Source: Clostridiales bacterium
GTDB taxonomy: Bacteria > Actinomycetota > Coriobacteriia > Anaerosomatales > SLCP01
Direction: 5' to 3'
Assembly: GCA_018333995.1 (NCBI GenBank)
Contig: JAGXSG010000032.1
Location: 204-64,203, forward strand
Length of the DNA stretch: 64,000 bases
Shown here: positions 10,571 through 19,816 of the stretch, in pieces
How the letters are laid out: every line of letters begins with the position of its first letter
Numbering within the stretch: the first letter of the stretch is position 1
Made by a program: the position numbers and the translations under genes
The notes under the pieces: generated by a model
What the model was told of the DNA's origin: nothing
The model's database searches: none
Seen by the model: the letters and a program-made list of their open reading frames with translations, nothing else

Positions 10571-11484
10571 TAGACTCCCATCTCTTTGAAGCCCTCACCA
10601 ATCGTCTCATGCACATCGGAGATGATGAGCATCGCTCCACGATCGATGTTGTTTACGAGCTGCTTTAGCGTGTCGATCTCCTTACGAGAGACGACCACGA
10701 AGATCATCTCCCGCGGAGTGCCAGAGTACATGCCGCGGGCCGCGATCGCTGTTGCGCCCCTGCCCATCTCGTGCAAGATCGCCTCCCCGATACGCCCCGA
10801 GTGCTCCGAAATGATGAATGCCGCCTTCTCAACTGACACGCCCTCAAGGACCAAATCGATGGTCGAACCCATCACGAACACGGCGACGGCACCGTACAAG
10901 GCCAGTTCGGGGCCGAATTGGAGCGCCGCCAACATAATGACGAACGCGTCGACGGCAAGTAGCAGTTGACCCTGACCGAGAGAGATCCTGCGCGACAACA
11001 GCTGCGCGACGATATCCGTCCCGCCGGTATTGCCACCCGCCTTGAACACCATCCCTATGCCCAACCCAGTGAGGGCGCCGCCGTAGAGCGCTGCGAGCAG
11101 GTAATCACTCTTGGCGAGGTGCGGTGTGACCGGCGCGAGCAGATCGACGCACACAGACAGCACTACGATTCCGTAGATCGTCTTGGCCGCGTACCGCCAG
11201 CCGCGCACACGCAGCGCGAACACCAACAGGCCAGCGTTCATGACGAGCATCATCATCCCGATCGGAAGAGCGATACCCGATTCGAGCACAGCGTAGTGGA
11301 TGACGGTGGCAAGACCTGACACCCCGCCCGCAGCGAGCTTGTTTGGAATGAGAAACGCGTTGAGCGCCCATGCCGTCAGAACCAGGCCTGCCGTCATCCA
11401 CGTGTAATCGCGGACCGGCCGATGCTTGAGAACTCGCCCAGGGTGCATGCGATCGAGTGCGGGAACCACTCTACGATGCTCCAA
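10570..11484 (-). CDS. YitT family membrane protein (DUF2179 C-terminal domain)
   Basis: Polytopic N-terminus with GGVSGLATV and GGNTGGTDI repeats, plus a soluble C-terminal domain. The start is uncertain (TTG 11484, or ATG 11448). Confidence 0.75.
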   Translation of the reverse strand: MEHRRVVPALDRMHPGRVLKHRPVRDYTWMTAGLVLTAWALNAFLIPNKLAAGGVSGLATVIHYAVLESGIALPIGMMMLVMNAGLLVFALRVRGWRYAAKTIYGIVVLSVCVDLLAPVTPHLAKSDYLLAALYGGALTGLGIGMVFKAGGNTGGTDIVAQLLSRRISLGQGQLLLAVDAFVIMLAALQFGPELALYGAVAVFVMGSTIDLVLEGVSVEKAAFIISEHSGRIGEAILHEMGRGATAIAARGMYSGTPREMIFVVVSRKEIDTLKQLVNNIDRGAMLIISDVHETIGEGFKEMGV

Positions 11485-11511
11485 CCCGCGCTGTCGTGCG
11501 CCGCAACGCGG

Positions 11512-12642
11512 TCACGATCCGGACCCTGCGGCCACACGCTGCTCTCTGCCGACGCGCCATCGGTGATAGCCAACGACGAACCCGTCGAGGCTCCCATCGA
11601 GAACGGCATCGACATTGCCGGTCTCGATCTCGGTTCTGTGATCCTTCACCATCTGATACGGGTACAGCACGTAGCTGCGGATCTGGCTGCCAAAGGTGAT
11701 GTCACGCTTCTCGCCGCGAAGCGTCTCGAGTTCCTCGCGACGCTTCTGCTCCTCGATCTCGTACAGACGCGATCTTAAGATCGTCATCGCTGTTTCTTTG
11801 TTCTTAGTTTGACTCTTCTCGTTTTGGCATGTGACGACGGTGCCCGTGGGGATGTGTGTTATCCGAACCGCCGAGTCGGTCGTGTTCACCGACTGCCCGC
11901 CGGGCCCGCTGGAACGGTAGACATCTACGCGGATATCCTCGTCGCGCACGTCGACCTCGATATCTTGGGGCAGTACCGGCAAGACCTCTACGCCAGCGAA
12001 AGTCGTCTGCCTTCGTTTCTTTTCGTCTGTAGGACTGATCCGCACGAGTCGATGCACACCGGCCTCCGCCGAGAACATACCGTATGCGTTGCGTCCATGT
12101 ACCGTGAACACGGCACGGTCGATCCCGAGTTCCACGCCTTCCGGCGCGTCGTGTATATCGATCTTCCAGCGCTTCGACTCGGCGTACTTGAGATACATCT
12201 TGAGCAGCATCTCGCTCCAGTCTTGAGCTTCGAGGCCGCCTTGCCCAGGAGTGATCGTCACGATCGCGTCGCCGGAATCAAACTCGCCGGTGAACCACGA
12301 TGAAACCTCGAGGGACACCATGTCTCGCTCGACACCGGCGATCGCCCGGTCCACCTCGGCGGCCATCTCCCGGTCACCTTCGGAGAGCGCCAGCTCGTTA
12401 GCGGCCTGCGCGTCTTCCACCGCGGCGAGAAGATCCTCGTACGTCTTGACCTCCTCGCGAAGCTCCGAGGCGCGCGCCATGACACCCTGCGCCTCGTTTT
12501 GGTCGTCCCAGAATCCAGGCTCCGCGGCGCGCGCCTCGAGTTTCACGACATCAGCGCGCTTCGCGTCGATGTTGAGGTACTCCGCCATCGTGGTGACCCG
12601 TTCCCGCAGGGTCGCAATCTCATGTGTGCGGTCCTGGATCAT
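11512..12642 (-). CDS. prfB: Peptide chain release factor 2, uninterrupted ORF (no programmed +1 frameshift)
   Basis: GGQ motif in [20 protein letters not shown]. The N-terminus IQDRTHEIATLRERVTTMAEYLNIDAK aligns across the usual frameshift site without a stop. The recognition tripeptide reads SPT rather than SPF (see findings). Confidence 0.95.
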   Translation of the reverse strand: MIQDRTHEIATLRERVTTMAEYLNIDAKRADVVKLEARAAEPGFWDDQNEAQGVMARASELREEVKTYEDLLAAVEDAQAANELALSEGDREMAAEVDRAIAGVERDMVSLEVSSWFTGEFDSGDAIVTITPGQGGLEAQDWSEMLLKMYLKYAESKRWKIDIHDAPEGVELGIDRAVFTVHGRNAYGMFSAEAGVHRLVRISPTDEKKRRQTTFAGVEVLPVLPQDIEVDVRDEDIRVDVYRSSGPGGQSVNTTDSAVRITHIPTGTVVTCQNEKSQTKNKETAMTILRSRLYEIEEQKRREELETLRGEKRDITFGSQIRSYVLYPYQMVKDHRTEIETGNVDAVLDGSLDGFVVGYHRWRVGREQRVAAGSGS

Positions 12643-15408
12643 CTATGCGTTCGCCCCGTGGCACTTCTTGTATTTCTTTCCGCTCCCGCACGGACAAGGA
12701 TCGTTACGGCCCACGTTCGCGTACGGATCCTCCTTGTCCTTGACCACCGTGGCGACCTTGGCGCCGCCTCCGGCCGCGGCGCTTGCCGCCGCTATGGCGT
12801 CCGGTGAAGGACCAGCGGGGCCCGCGGCCATCGCGGCCGCCTGTGCCGCGCCAGAGAAGATCGTCGACTCCGATGGAGCCGAGTACGAAACGTCCCTAAC
12901 CGCCGAGTCATCCGCTATCTGCTCGAGCGGGCGCATCACCTGGATGCGGAAGAGAGTCCGCAGAAAGTCCTCGTTGATGCTCGCCACGAGCGCGGTGAAC
13001 ATGTGATAGGCCTCGTTCTTGTACTCGACGAGAGGATCACGCTGCCCCATGGCCCTCAAGCCAATGCCATCTTTGAGGTAATCCATCTCAAGGAGATGCT
13101 CCATCCAGCGTGTGTCGATGACGCGCAACATCACCTGCCGCTCGAGCTCACGCAGGTTCTCCGGACCAAGATCAACCTCTCTCGCCTGGAAGACGGCGAG
13201 CGCCTCCTCGATCAGCTCCTCGGCAAGCTCGTGGGGATTCTCGATCACACCCTTGTGGCGCAGCGCGGTGTCGACCCCGGTGAGGTCCCGGTACCACGTG
13301 GCCATCCCGTCCCACTCCCACTCCTCGGCGTACGCCGCCTCGGGGCAGTACTCGAGCACGCCGGCTAGCACGACCTCGCGCACCATCTCCTCAACCCTGC
13401 CGTGGATGTCCTTGCCGTCCAGGATCCGGTTGCGCTCCTGGTAGATCACCTCACGCTGCTTGTTCATGACGTCGTCGTATTCCAAGACGTGCTTGCGAGC
13501 AGCGAAGTTCATCGCTTCAACCTGACGCTGGGCGCTCTCAATGGCCTTACTCACGAGCCCCGCCTGTATCGGCATGTCGTCTGGAATGTCGGTCTTCTCC
13601 ATGAACCGCGAGATGCGATCCATCCGGTCACCGCCAAACAGGCGCATCAGATCATCGCCGAGTGACAGGTAGAACTGCGACAACCCCGGGTCACCTTGGC
13701 GTCCTGAGCGGCCCCGAAGCTGGTTGTCGATTCGGCGGGAGTCGTGACGCTCGGTGCCGATAACCGCCAGACCGCCCGCGGCGACCACCTGGTCGTGCTC
13801 CGCGGCGGTGATCGTCTTGGCGGCGCGCAGCGCATCAGCGCGCTGCTCATCGCTCGCGTCCTCCGGCTGAACTCCTCGCTCTCGCAATACCTCATCAACT
13901 AAGTACTCGGGATTCCCGCCAAGTATGATGTCGGTTCCTCGGCCAGCCATGTTGGTGGCTATCGTGACCGAGCGGAGTCTTCCGGCCTGCGCGATGATTT
14001 GAGCCTCACGCTCATGGTGTTTCGCGTTGAGTACCTCATGCTTAATGCCTTGTTTCGCCAGAAGCCGAGAGAGGCGCTCTGAGTTCTCGATCGATATCGT
14101 GCCAACGAGACACGGTTGTCCGACACGGTTGCGCTCGGCTATCTCATCTGCGACTGCGGAGAATTTCGCCTCAACCGTGCGGTAGATCAAATCGTCGCGA
14201 TCATCGCGAACCATTGGCATGTTGGTAGGCACCACCATGACCGGCAACTTGTAAATCTCACGGAACTCGGAGTCCTCGGTCACCGCGGTGCCGGTCATTC
14301 CGGCAAGCTTCTCGTACATGCGGAAGTAGTTTTGCAGCGTGATCGTCGCGAGGGTCTGGTTCTCCTCACGGACGTGCTGCTTTTCCTTTGCCTCGATGGC
14401 CTGGTGCAAGCCTTCCGAGTAACGGCGACCGTACATCAGGCGGCCAGTGAACTCGTCGACGATCATTACTTCGCCATCCTTGACGACGTAATCAACGTCC
14501 TTCTTGAAGAGAAACTGCGCCTTGAGCGCTTGCTGGAGGTGGTTGACCAGCTTGCCGCTCGGGTCATCGTAGATGTTCTCGATGCCGATGGCTTGCTCGA
14601 TCTTGTTGATGCCTTCCTCAGTAGGAGCAACCGTTCGCTTGGCTTCATCAAGTTCGAAATCGACGTCAGGACGAAGCCGTGGCACCACCCGTGCAAACTG
14701 CTTGTACGTATCGGCGGACTTGGTGCCCGCGCCCGAGATGATGAGCGGCGTCCTTGCCTCGTCGATGAGAATCGAGTCGACTTCGTCGACGATGGCGAAA
14801 TGGCGACCTCGCTGCACCCGGTTCTCGGGTCTGACAACCATGTTGTCACGCAGGTAATCGAAACCGAACTCCGAGTTGGTACCGTACGTGATGTCCGCCT
14901 CATACGCTGGCTTGCGCCGTGCGGGCTCCATCTGCGCCTGGATGAGACCGACCTCCATGCCGAGGAACCGGTATACTTGTCCCATCCACTCACTGTCACG
15001 TTTCGCAAGGTAATCGTTGACCGTCACGATGTGAACACCATTACCGGCTAGTGCGTTGAGGTACGCGGCGAGTGTCGCGACGAGCGTCTTACCTTCGCCC
15101 GTCTTCATCTCGGCGATCTGCCCAGAGTCGAGCACCATGCCACCGATGAGTTGTACGTCGAAGTGGCGCATGCCGAGCGAGCGGCGAGCGGCTTCCCGGC
15201 ATGTGGCAAACGCTTCGGGCAAGAGTTCGTCGAGTGCGGCACCCGCGCTGACACGGGAACGAAACTCCTGCGTACGCGCGCGAATCTCCGCATCGGACAA
15301 CCGCTCAAGGTCGGGTTCGAGAGCGTTAATCTGAGCGGCGACCGTCTCGAACTGTCTGAGTTGACGGCCTTCGCCCATCGTAAACAGTCTGGCGAGGATG
15401 CTAGCCAT
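12643..15408 (-). CDS. secA: Preprotein translocase ATPase SecA
   Basis: MASILARLF... is a typical SecA N-terminus. Also [30 protein letters not shown] and the C-terminal zinc finger [14 protein letters not shown]. The start was set at the ATG at 15408 (GGAAGGTG RBS). The 1024-aa longest ORF is an upstream read-through. Confidence 0.95.
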   Translation of the reverse strand: MASILARLFTMGEGRQLRQFETVAAQINALEPDLERLSDAEIRARTQEFRSRVSAGAALDELLPEAFATCREAARRSLGMRHFDVQLIGGMVLDSGQIAEMKTGEGKTLVATLAAYLNALAGNGVHIVTVNDYLAKRDSEWMGQVYRFLGMEVGLIQAQMEPARRKPAYEADITYGTNSEFGFDYLRDNMVVRPENRVQRGRHFAIVDEVDSILIDEARTPLIISGAGTKSADTYKQFARVVPRLRPDVDFELDEAKRTVAPTEEGINKIEQAIGIENIYDDPSGKLVNHLQQALKAQFLFKKDVDYVVKDGEVMIVDEFTGRLMYGRRYSEGLHQAIEAKEKQHVREENQTLATITLQNYFRMYEKLAGMTGTAVTEDSEFREIYKLPVMVVPTNMPMVRDDRDDLIYRTVEAKFSAVADEIAERNRVGQPCLVGTISIENSERLSRLLAKQGIKHEVLNAKHHEREAQIIAQAGRLRSVTIATNMAGRGTDIILGGNPEYLVDEVLRERGVQPEDASDEQRADALRAAKTITAAEHDQVVAAGGLAVIGTERHDSRRIDNQLRGRSGRQGDPGLSQFYLSLGDDLMRLFGGDRMDRISRFMEKTDIPDDMPIQAGLVSKAIESAQRQVEAMNFAARKHVLEYDDVMNKQREVIYQERNRILDGKDIHGRVEEMVREVVLAGVLEYCPEAAYAEEWEWDGMATWYRDLTGVDTALRHKGVIENPHELAEELIEEALAVFQAREVDLGPENLRELERQVMLRVIDTRWMEHLLEMDYLKDGIGLRAMGQRDPLVEYKNEAYHMFTALVASINEDFLRTLFRIQVMRPLEQIADDSAVRDVSYSAPSESTIFSGAAQAAAMAAGPAGPSPDAIAAASAAAGGGAKVATVVKDKEDPYANVGRNDPCPCGSGKKYKKCHGANA

Positions 15409-15464
15409 GTATACACCTTCCACATAACGTGGGATGAGACTTGGAGGGGGCCTGAAGCACACAG

Positions 15465-15470
15465 ATTCTA
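15465..15470 (-). promoter_or_regulatory. Candidate -10 box (TAGAAT) for secA
   Basis: The minus strand reads TAGAAT about 55 nt upstream of the secA ATG. No convincing -35 was found. Confidence 0.25.
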
Positions 15471-15549
15471 GCACAGCCAGTGCCCCGTTTTGGGCAGGGC
15501 ACGTGTCGAACCGGTAACACCGATGCAACCTGCACCCCGGCGCAAGGAA

Positions 15550-15580
15550 GAGGGGCCGACAACGCTCACGTCGGCCCCTC
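15550..15580 (-). terminator. GC-rich hairpin, candidate intrinsic terminator downstream of the STAND-SARP regulator gene
   Basis: Perfect 11-bp stem GAGGGGCCGAC/GUCGGCCCCUC with a 9-nt loop. On the minus strand it is followed by UUCCUU, a weak U tract. It lies about 210 nt after the stop at 15793. Confidence 0.35.
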
Positions 15581-15792
15581 GATGTACACGGATCGGCTGG
15601 GCCCGCCCGACTCGGCAGGCCGACACTTGCCCTACCGATGCCCCTCAGGAGTCTCCCTCTCCTCACCGCCGGGCAACGTCGCTCAACCGCTTCGCTCCGC
15701 TCTGGAGAGCCGAGCAACCCCCTCGATCCGCTGTCCGCAAGGCGCGCGCCCTGCGTCCGAAACCACCGTATCAGGGGAGTCTTACCCAGGTC

Positions 15793-18700
15793 TTACCGAA
15801 ACTCGCCTTCCGTGGCGCAGTCCTCCATTGACAACACTTGCTCATAGAGCCGGACCGTCTCGGCGGATGGGTCGAGACCCAGATCCTCAACGAGCCTCGA
15901 TCGGCACGAGAAGTACGTCTCTACCGCGGCGGACCGCTGTCCAGCCGCGATCTGCAACCGCAGGATCGCCTGGTAGAGGTCTTCCCTCCATGGATCAGCG
16001 CCTATCGCCTTTCGAAGCAGACGCGATGCTCCTGCGGAGTCTCCTTTGGCGGCGAGCATATCGCCGGCGGCAAGCATCGCGTCGCCGAAATCATGACGGT
16101 ATCGATCGCGGTCCTCGACGAACCACTCTTCGTAAATGTCGCCAGGCAAGAGCTCGCCCCGGTATATCTCGGCGAGACGCTCAAACGCCGACACCGCCCC
16201 CTCCACATCACCGTCACCCCTGGCTTTGCGTGCCTCGCGATACAACTCGTCGAACTCCTGGGTGTCGGAGCGGACGAGATCCGGATTCGACCGGCACACG
16301 CCCCCTGTGCTGCTCATATACGGGCACGGCGTGCTCTTGCCGAGCCCCGGTGAGAGCACCGCCTTCATCGAACTCCAGATGACGTAGAAGTTGTTGCGCG
16401 AGCTCGTCTCGTCCATCTCAGGCCACAGGTGCTCATAGAGTTGCTCACGCGGTGTCTCTCGGCCTTCTTTCAATACCAGGGTCGCGAACAGCAAGCGGGC
16501 TTTACGCTTCGCCCACTCACGCTCAGAAACACGGCGGGATCCAACGGTCAGCTCGAAACCGCCGAAGAGGCGTACCCTGCAGATCGGAGCGGTGGCGAGT
16601 GCCTCGATCCGGGCCTGGCTTTCTCCATCTCCAAGAACCCGCCTCGCGAGAACGCGCCACGCGTCCTCTTCCAGGTGCTCCCTCGCTGCCGAAAGCGAAT
16701 CCTCAATATGGTGCCCGACCAGCATTTTCAACATGTGCGCCGGGATTCGATCGGGCCCCAGAACAGAAGCGATCATGCCCAGGAGATGCGGAAACGATCG
16801 CGCGTACATCCCAACAAGCCAGTTGGCGTTACCGGACAGGAGATAGTCTTTTTGCCTAGAGACGCAAACCAACGCTTCGTCCATCATGCCTTTGCGACGG
16901 GCAATCTCAGCGAGGACAAGTTCCGCTCGCAGCAGGTGCTGCGCGCCACGCTCTTGAGTGCATATCTCCCTTGTCCGCACTGTACGAGCCTCAGCCTCTA
17001 CCAGATCGTCAATGCACAGAAGGCACGCCGCCAACTCCGTATCCACGAAACACCGAAGATAGGGGGATTCCGATGTGACGTCGCGCTCAAGCGAACGTTC
17101 GATCTCGACAACCGCCTCGGATACTCTGTCCTGCGCCCTCAACATCATCACGCGCTGAAGACGCACGAGCACCTCGGCGACGCGATCACCCGCAGCCGCA
17201 AGCCGAGCGGCGGATTGCGCACTGAACTCCAGGTAGCGGCTTTCGCCGGTCAACCCGAACTGGATGGTTCCCATGGCTGCGCTATACGTCGCGTGACACA
17301 GATCGAGTCCGCAATCACGGGTGATTTCCAGAGCTTCATTAATCACTTCGAGAGCGTACTCGGCGCTTCCCGTCTCTGCGAGCATTGTTGCGTAGTTGCC
17401 AACAATCATCGCCCGGAGTCCAGTCGATACTCCCGAGAGCGCATAGGCCTGCTGCAGGTGCACTCTCGCCTCGAAGATATTGCCCATAAGGAAACTCGCC
17501 GTGCCGATTTGCGAGAGCAGCCGGGCGGTGGTCTCGGGGCACGAGGCCATATCGTCTAAGCGCTCCCTCGCGCGAGTCAACGCCGCAGTGTAGGCGCTCT
17601 CATCAAGCAGCAACGCGCTGAAGGTGGTCATGAACGCGACCGCTGTCGCCTCAAGCTCGCGTGATACCGCCGTCTCTGGCAGTGATAGCAGCTTCTCGAA
17701 TGTCTCGGCTGCTCGCAGAGGCGAGCTATCATCCATGTAGTTTCGCGCAATCAGCATCAAGGCCTGGGCGCTTGCCTGCAGGTCGCCTTCGCACTCAGCG
17801 ATACCTTGGGCAGCGGTCGCTTTGACAAGACTTGCCTGCCGGTCATACGTGTCCAAGTCGATCTCGGCAGAGAGCAAGAGAAGGCTTGGCCTGGTGACGA
17901 GCAGCTCCATCGAAATTGCGTCAAGTGCGGCCTTGAGAGGCAAACGAAGACCATTTCTGACCATCGCCGAACCATTGACCTCAAGCCAGTCGAGACAACG
18001 CTCAGTACTCTGATCCAAAAAGAGCAGCTCGATCACCCTGTCGAAATCTCCGCGAGCTTCGAGCAGTGAAACGCATCCGTCGCGAATACGAGCATCCGTG
18101 ACGGAGTTCAGCAGTGACCTGAACCGTCTTGATCCAAAGACCTCCTGTGCTAAAGCATGTGCCGTCAGTACAAACGAGCCACCCAGCCCCGTTGCGACAA
18201 CGGTGACAAGCGGGATTCGATCCGATATCGCTTCAGCGCACCCCAGATCGAGTTCGAGACCCAACTTCTTCGACTCCGCGGAAGAAAGATTTCCCATCAG
18301 GGCAAGGGCGTACAAAAGTTCATGCGTCGAAGCACCCGATTGGTGATCAGCGAGGCGAAGCAGTAAAGCGCTGAGATCAGTATCTCCGCGAGGGCGCCCA
18401 ACCGAACCTAACGCCAACCGTTTAGCAAGGACCGAGAGGAGCGCCACGTGGCCCATGCCCTGCCTGGCGACTTGCTCCAACTGGGCGTCGTGCTCATCTG
18501 AGCCGACGAGCAGTCCGACTAGCGCCATCGACTCTTCTTGCGTCATTCGTAGATCGGCGATCCCAACCTCAAAAAACCCGGAGCCCAGTCCAGACCCGCC
18601 TTCCCCTGACATCCTGTCATCCCCCCTGGATGTCACGAGCAACACCGAGTCCTCGCTTTCCTGCTCAACAAGGTGCAAGAGAAGAGATATCTCGGCACCG

Positions 18701-19113
18701 GCACCCGCAAGGCATAGGTCATCGAGAACGAAGCATGTGTTTTGAGAAATCCACCCGTGACGGAACGCGTCACGCAATATGACAAGCAGATCACTTGCAG
18801 GGGACTGCATCGGAGGAAGAGCGAACTTTGCCGGGAACCGGCTCTTGGAGTGGTCTATCGTCGCGGAGATCAACTGGGATAGCACGGCGCCGCCGGTGAG
18901 AGCGCGAGAGCCGCACGACACCCATATCACCGCATCAAACTCATTCATGTGTGCGTACTGGGCGGCCAGGTACGTCTTCCCGTAGCCCGATGGCGCACAG
19001 ACAAATATGCCGCTCGGCTGCAACCTCTCAAACGCGTCAATCAACCTCCGGCGAGGCAACCAGGGGCCAAATCGAGGAGCGCCCTCGAATCGGCCCAGTC
19101 TCGAAGTCGTCAT
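15793..19113 (-). CDS. Large STAND-type transcriptional regulator: N-terminal MalT-like P-loop NTPase, helical/TPR-like sensor region, C-terminal SARP module (OmpR-type winged helix + BTAD)
   Basis: Walker A CAPSGYGKTYLAAQ and Walker B CFVLDDL. The C-terminus has RVRLFGGFELTVGSRRVSEREWAKRKARLLFATLVL...LYEHLWP (SARP wHTH) followed by BTAD (LYQAILRLQIAAGQRSAAVETYFSCRSRLVEDLGLDPSAETVRLYEQVL). The start was set at the ATG at 19113 with a GGAGGA RBS. Confidence 0.75.
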   Translation of the reverse strand: MTTSRLGRFEGAPRFGPWLPRRRLIDAFERLQPSGIFVCAPSGYGKTYLAAQYAHMNEFDAVIWVSCGSRALTGGAVLSQLISATIDHSKSRFPAKFALPPMQSPASDLLVILRDAFRHGWISQNTCFVLDDLCLAGAGAEISLLLHLVEQESEDSVLLVTSRGDDRMSGEGGSGLGSGFFEVGIADLRMTQEESMALVGLLVGSDEHDAQLEQVARQGMGHVALLSVLAKRLALGSVGRPRGDTDLSALLLRLADHQSGASTHELLYALALMGNLSSAESKKLGLELDLGCAEAISDRIPLVTVVATGLGGSFVLTAHALAQEVFGSRRFRSLLNSVTDARIRDGCVSLLEARGDFDRVIELLFLDQSTERCLDWLEVNGSAMVRNGLRLPLKAALDAISMELLVTRPSLLLLSAEIDLDTYDRQASLVKATAAQGIAECEGDLQASAQALMLIARNYMDDSSPLRAAETFEKLLSLPETAVSRELEATAVAFMTTFSALLLDESAYTAALTRARERLDDMASCPETTARLLSQIGTASFLMGNIFEARVHLQQAYALSGVSTGLRAMIVGNYATMLAETGSAEYALEVINEALEITRDCGLDLCHATYSAAMGTIQFGLTGESRYLEFSAQSAARLAAAGDRVAEVLVRLQRVMMLRAQDRVSEAVVEIERSLERDVTSESPYLRCFVDTELAACLLCIDDLVEAEARTVRTREICTQERGAQHLLRAELVLAEIARRKGMMDEALVCVSRQKDYLLSGNANWLVGMYARSFPHLLGMIASVLGPDRIPAHMLKMLVGHHIEDSLSAAREHLEEDAWRVLARRVLGDGESQARIEALATAPICRVRLFGGFELTVGSRRVSEREWAKRKARLLFATLVLKEGRETPREQLYEHLWPEMDETSSRNNFYVIWSSMKAVLSPGLGKSTPCPYMSSTGGVCRSNPDLVRSDTQEFDELYREARKARGDGDVEGAVSAFERLAEIYRGELLPGDIYEEWFVEDRDRYRHDFGDAMLAAGDMLAAKGDSAGASRLLRKAIGADPWREDLYQAILRLQIAAGQRSAAVETYFSCRSRLVEDLGLDPSAETVRLYEQVLSMEDCATEGEFR

Positions 19114-19228
19114 GAATCCTCCGAATTTCCTAGGCCTCCTGAGGGGCACGCTGACACAGTATCAGTCTAAGTGCATAGCTGATAGCCTTTGCTCGAAAGT
19201 TTTTGCACGACGGACCCTCTTGATCAGG

Positions 19229-19234
19229 ATTATA
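19229..19234 (-). promoter_or_regulatory. Candidate -10 box (perfect TATAAT) upstream of the STAND-SARP regulator gene
   Basis: The minus strand reads TATAAT, 4 nt after the stop of the preceding gene and about 115 nt upstream of the ATG at 19113. The surrounding region is locally AT-rich. No clear -35 was found. Confidence 0.3.
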
Positions 19235-19237
19235 TGC

Positions 19238-19816
19238 TCACTGACCCTGCGCGCGCATCCCTGTTCGTGAAAATCTTCCAAAACGCCCGGAGGCGCCGCT
19301 CATCTCAAGAATCACGCTGACCACTCCAACCATGAGAAGCACGTCACCAAGACTCACCACCGTGCGCATCAGGGCAGGTCCGGGAATCGGCAGCACGTCC
19401 GCAAGCACCGTAAGCACACTGCCAGCATCGGCGGGATGGTACATCGGGTTGACTGTCGAGAACAGCTCCCCCGAATCGTAGACGCCGAGGTAGCCAAGTG
19501 CGGCCACCGATACAGGCATGCCTCCGTTTAAGAGGATCACGGCCGCGTTGCACATAACACCGAGCCCGACAAGCCAAAATCCAAAGACCCTGCGGTTAGC
19601 AAACGAGACGGCAATCACAATCAACCCACCGAGCACCCAGGTGAGCGCGGCCACAAAGGGGGATTCCGGTGACAGTCTTGGACCCAGCACCTGTACCCCT
19701 ACACCCACAGGTAGCCAGACTTCATGCTGAAGGCGCGCTGATCGTAGCGAGCTGAAACTGCCCCCGAGCGCCACAACAGCGAGCAGGGCAAAAATTACCG
19801 CAACGGCAAGTATCAC
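19238..19816 (-). CDS. Small polytopic membrane protein (resembles DUF5317 by memory)
   Basis: 192 aa with about 5-6 TM segments. Motifs LLNGGMPVS and SLGDVLLMVG. The GTG start overlaps the upstream stop (GTGA). Confidence 0.6.
   Translation of the reverse strand: MILAVAVIFALLAVVALGGSFSSLRSARLQHEVWLPVGVGVQVLGPRLSPESPFVAALTWVLGGLIVIAVSFANRRVFGFWLVGLGVMCNAAVILLNGGMPVSVAALGYLGVYDSGELFSTVNPMYHPADAGSVLTVLADVLPIPGPALMRTVVSLGDVLLMVGVVSVILEMSGASGRFGRFSRTGMRAQGQ

Noticed and set aside
12540-12642. Looked for the programmed +1 frameshift site (CUU UGA C after an internal SD) that is typical of prfB.
   Set aside because: The ORF is continuous from the ATG at 12642 through the region aligning with the E. 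coli frameshift site (...MAEYLNIDAK...). There is no in-frame UGA. A frameshift-less prfB is common, so by itself this is not remarkable.
15409-15717. 103-codon N-terminal extension of SecA in the longest ORF (1024 aa).
   Set aside because: The canonical SecA N-terminus MASILARLF begins at the ATG at 15408, which has an RBS. The extension is Arg/Cys/Pro-rich non-coding read-through.
15480-16382. 300-aa plus-strand ORF, and several other 100-480-aa ORFs antisense to or out of frame with secA, the regulator, the atp genes and others (for example 50007..51464, 52878..53909, 31010..32020).
   Set aside because: The translations are Arg/Pro/Ser/Ala-rich and low-complexity, as expected from alternative frames of GC-rich coding DNA. 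Each overlaps a gene with unambiguous family motifs. None has a plausible RBS.
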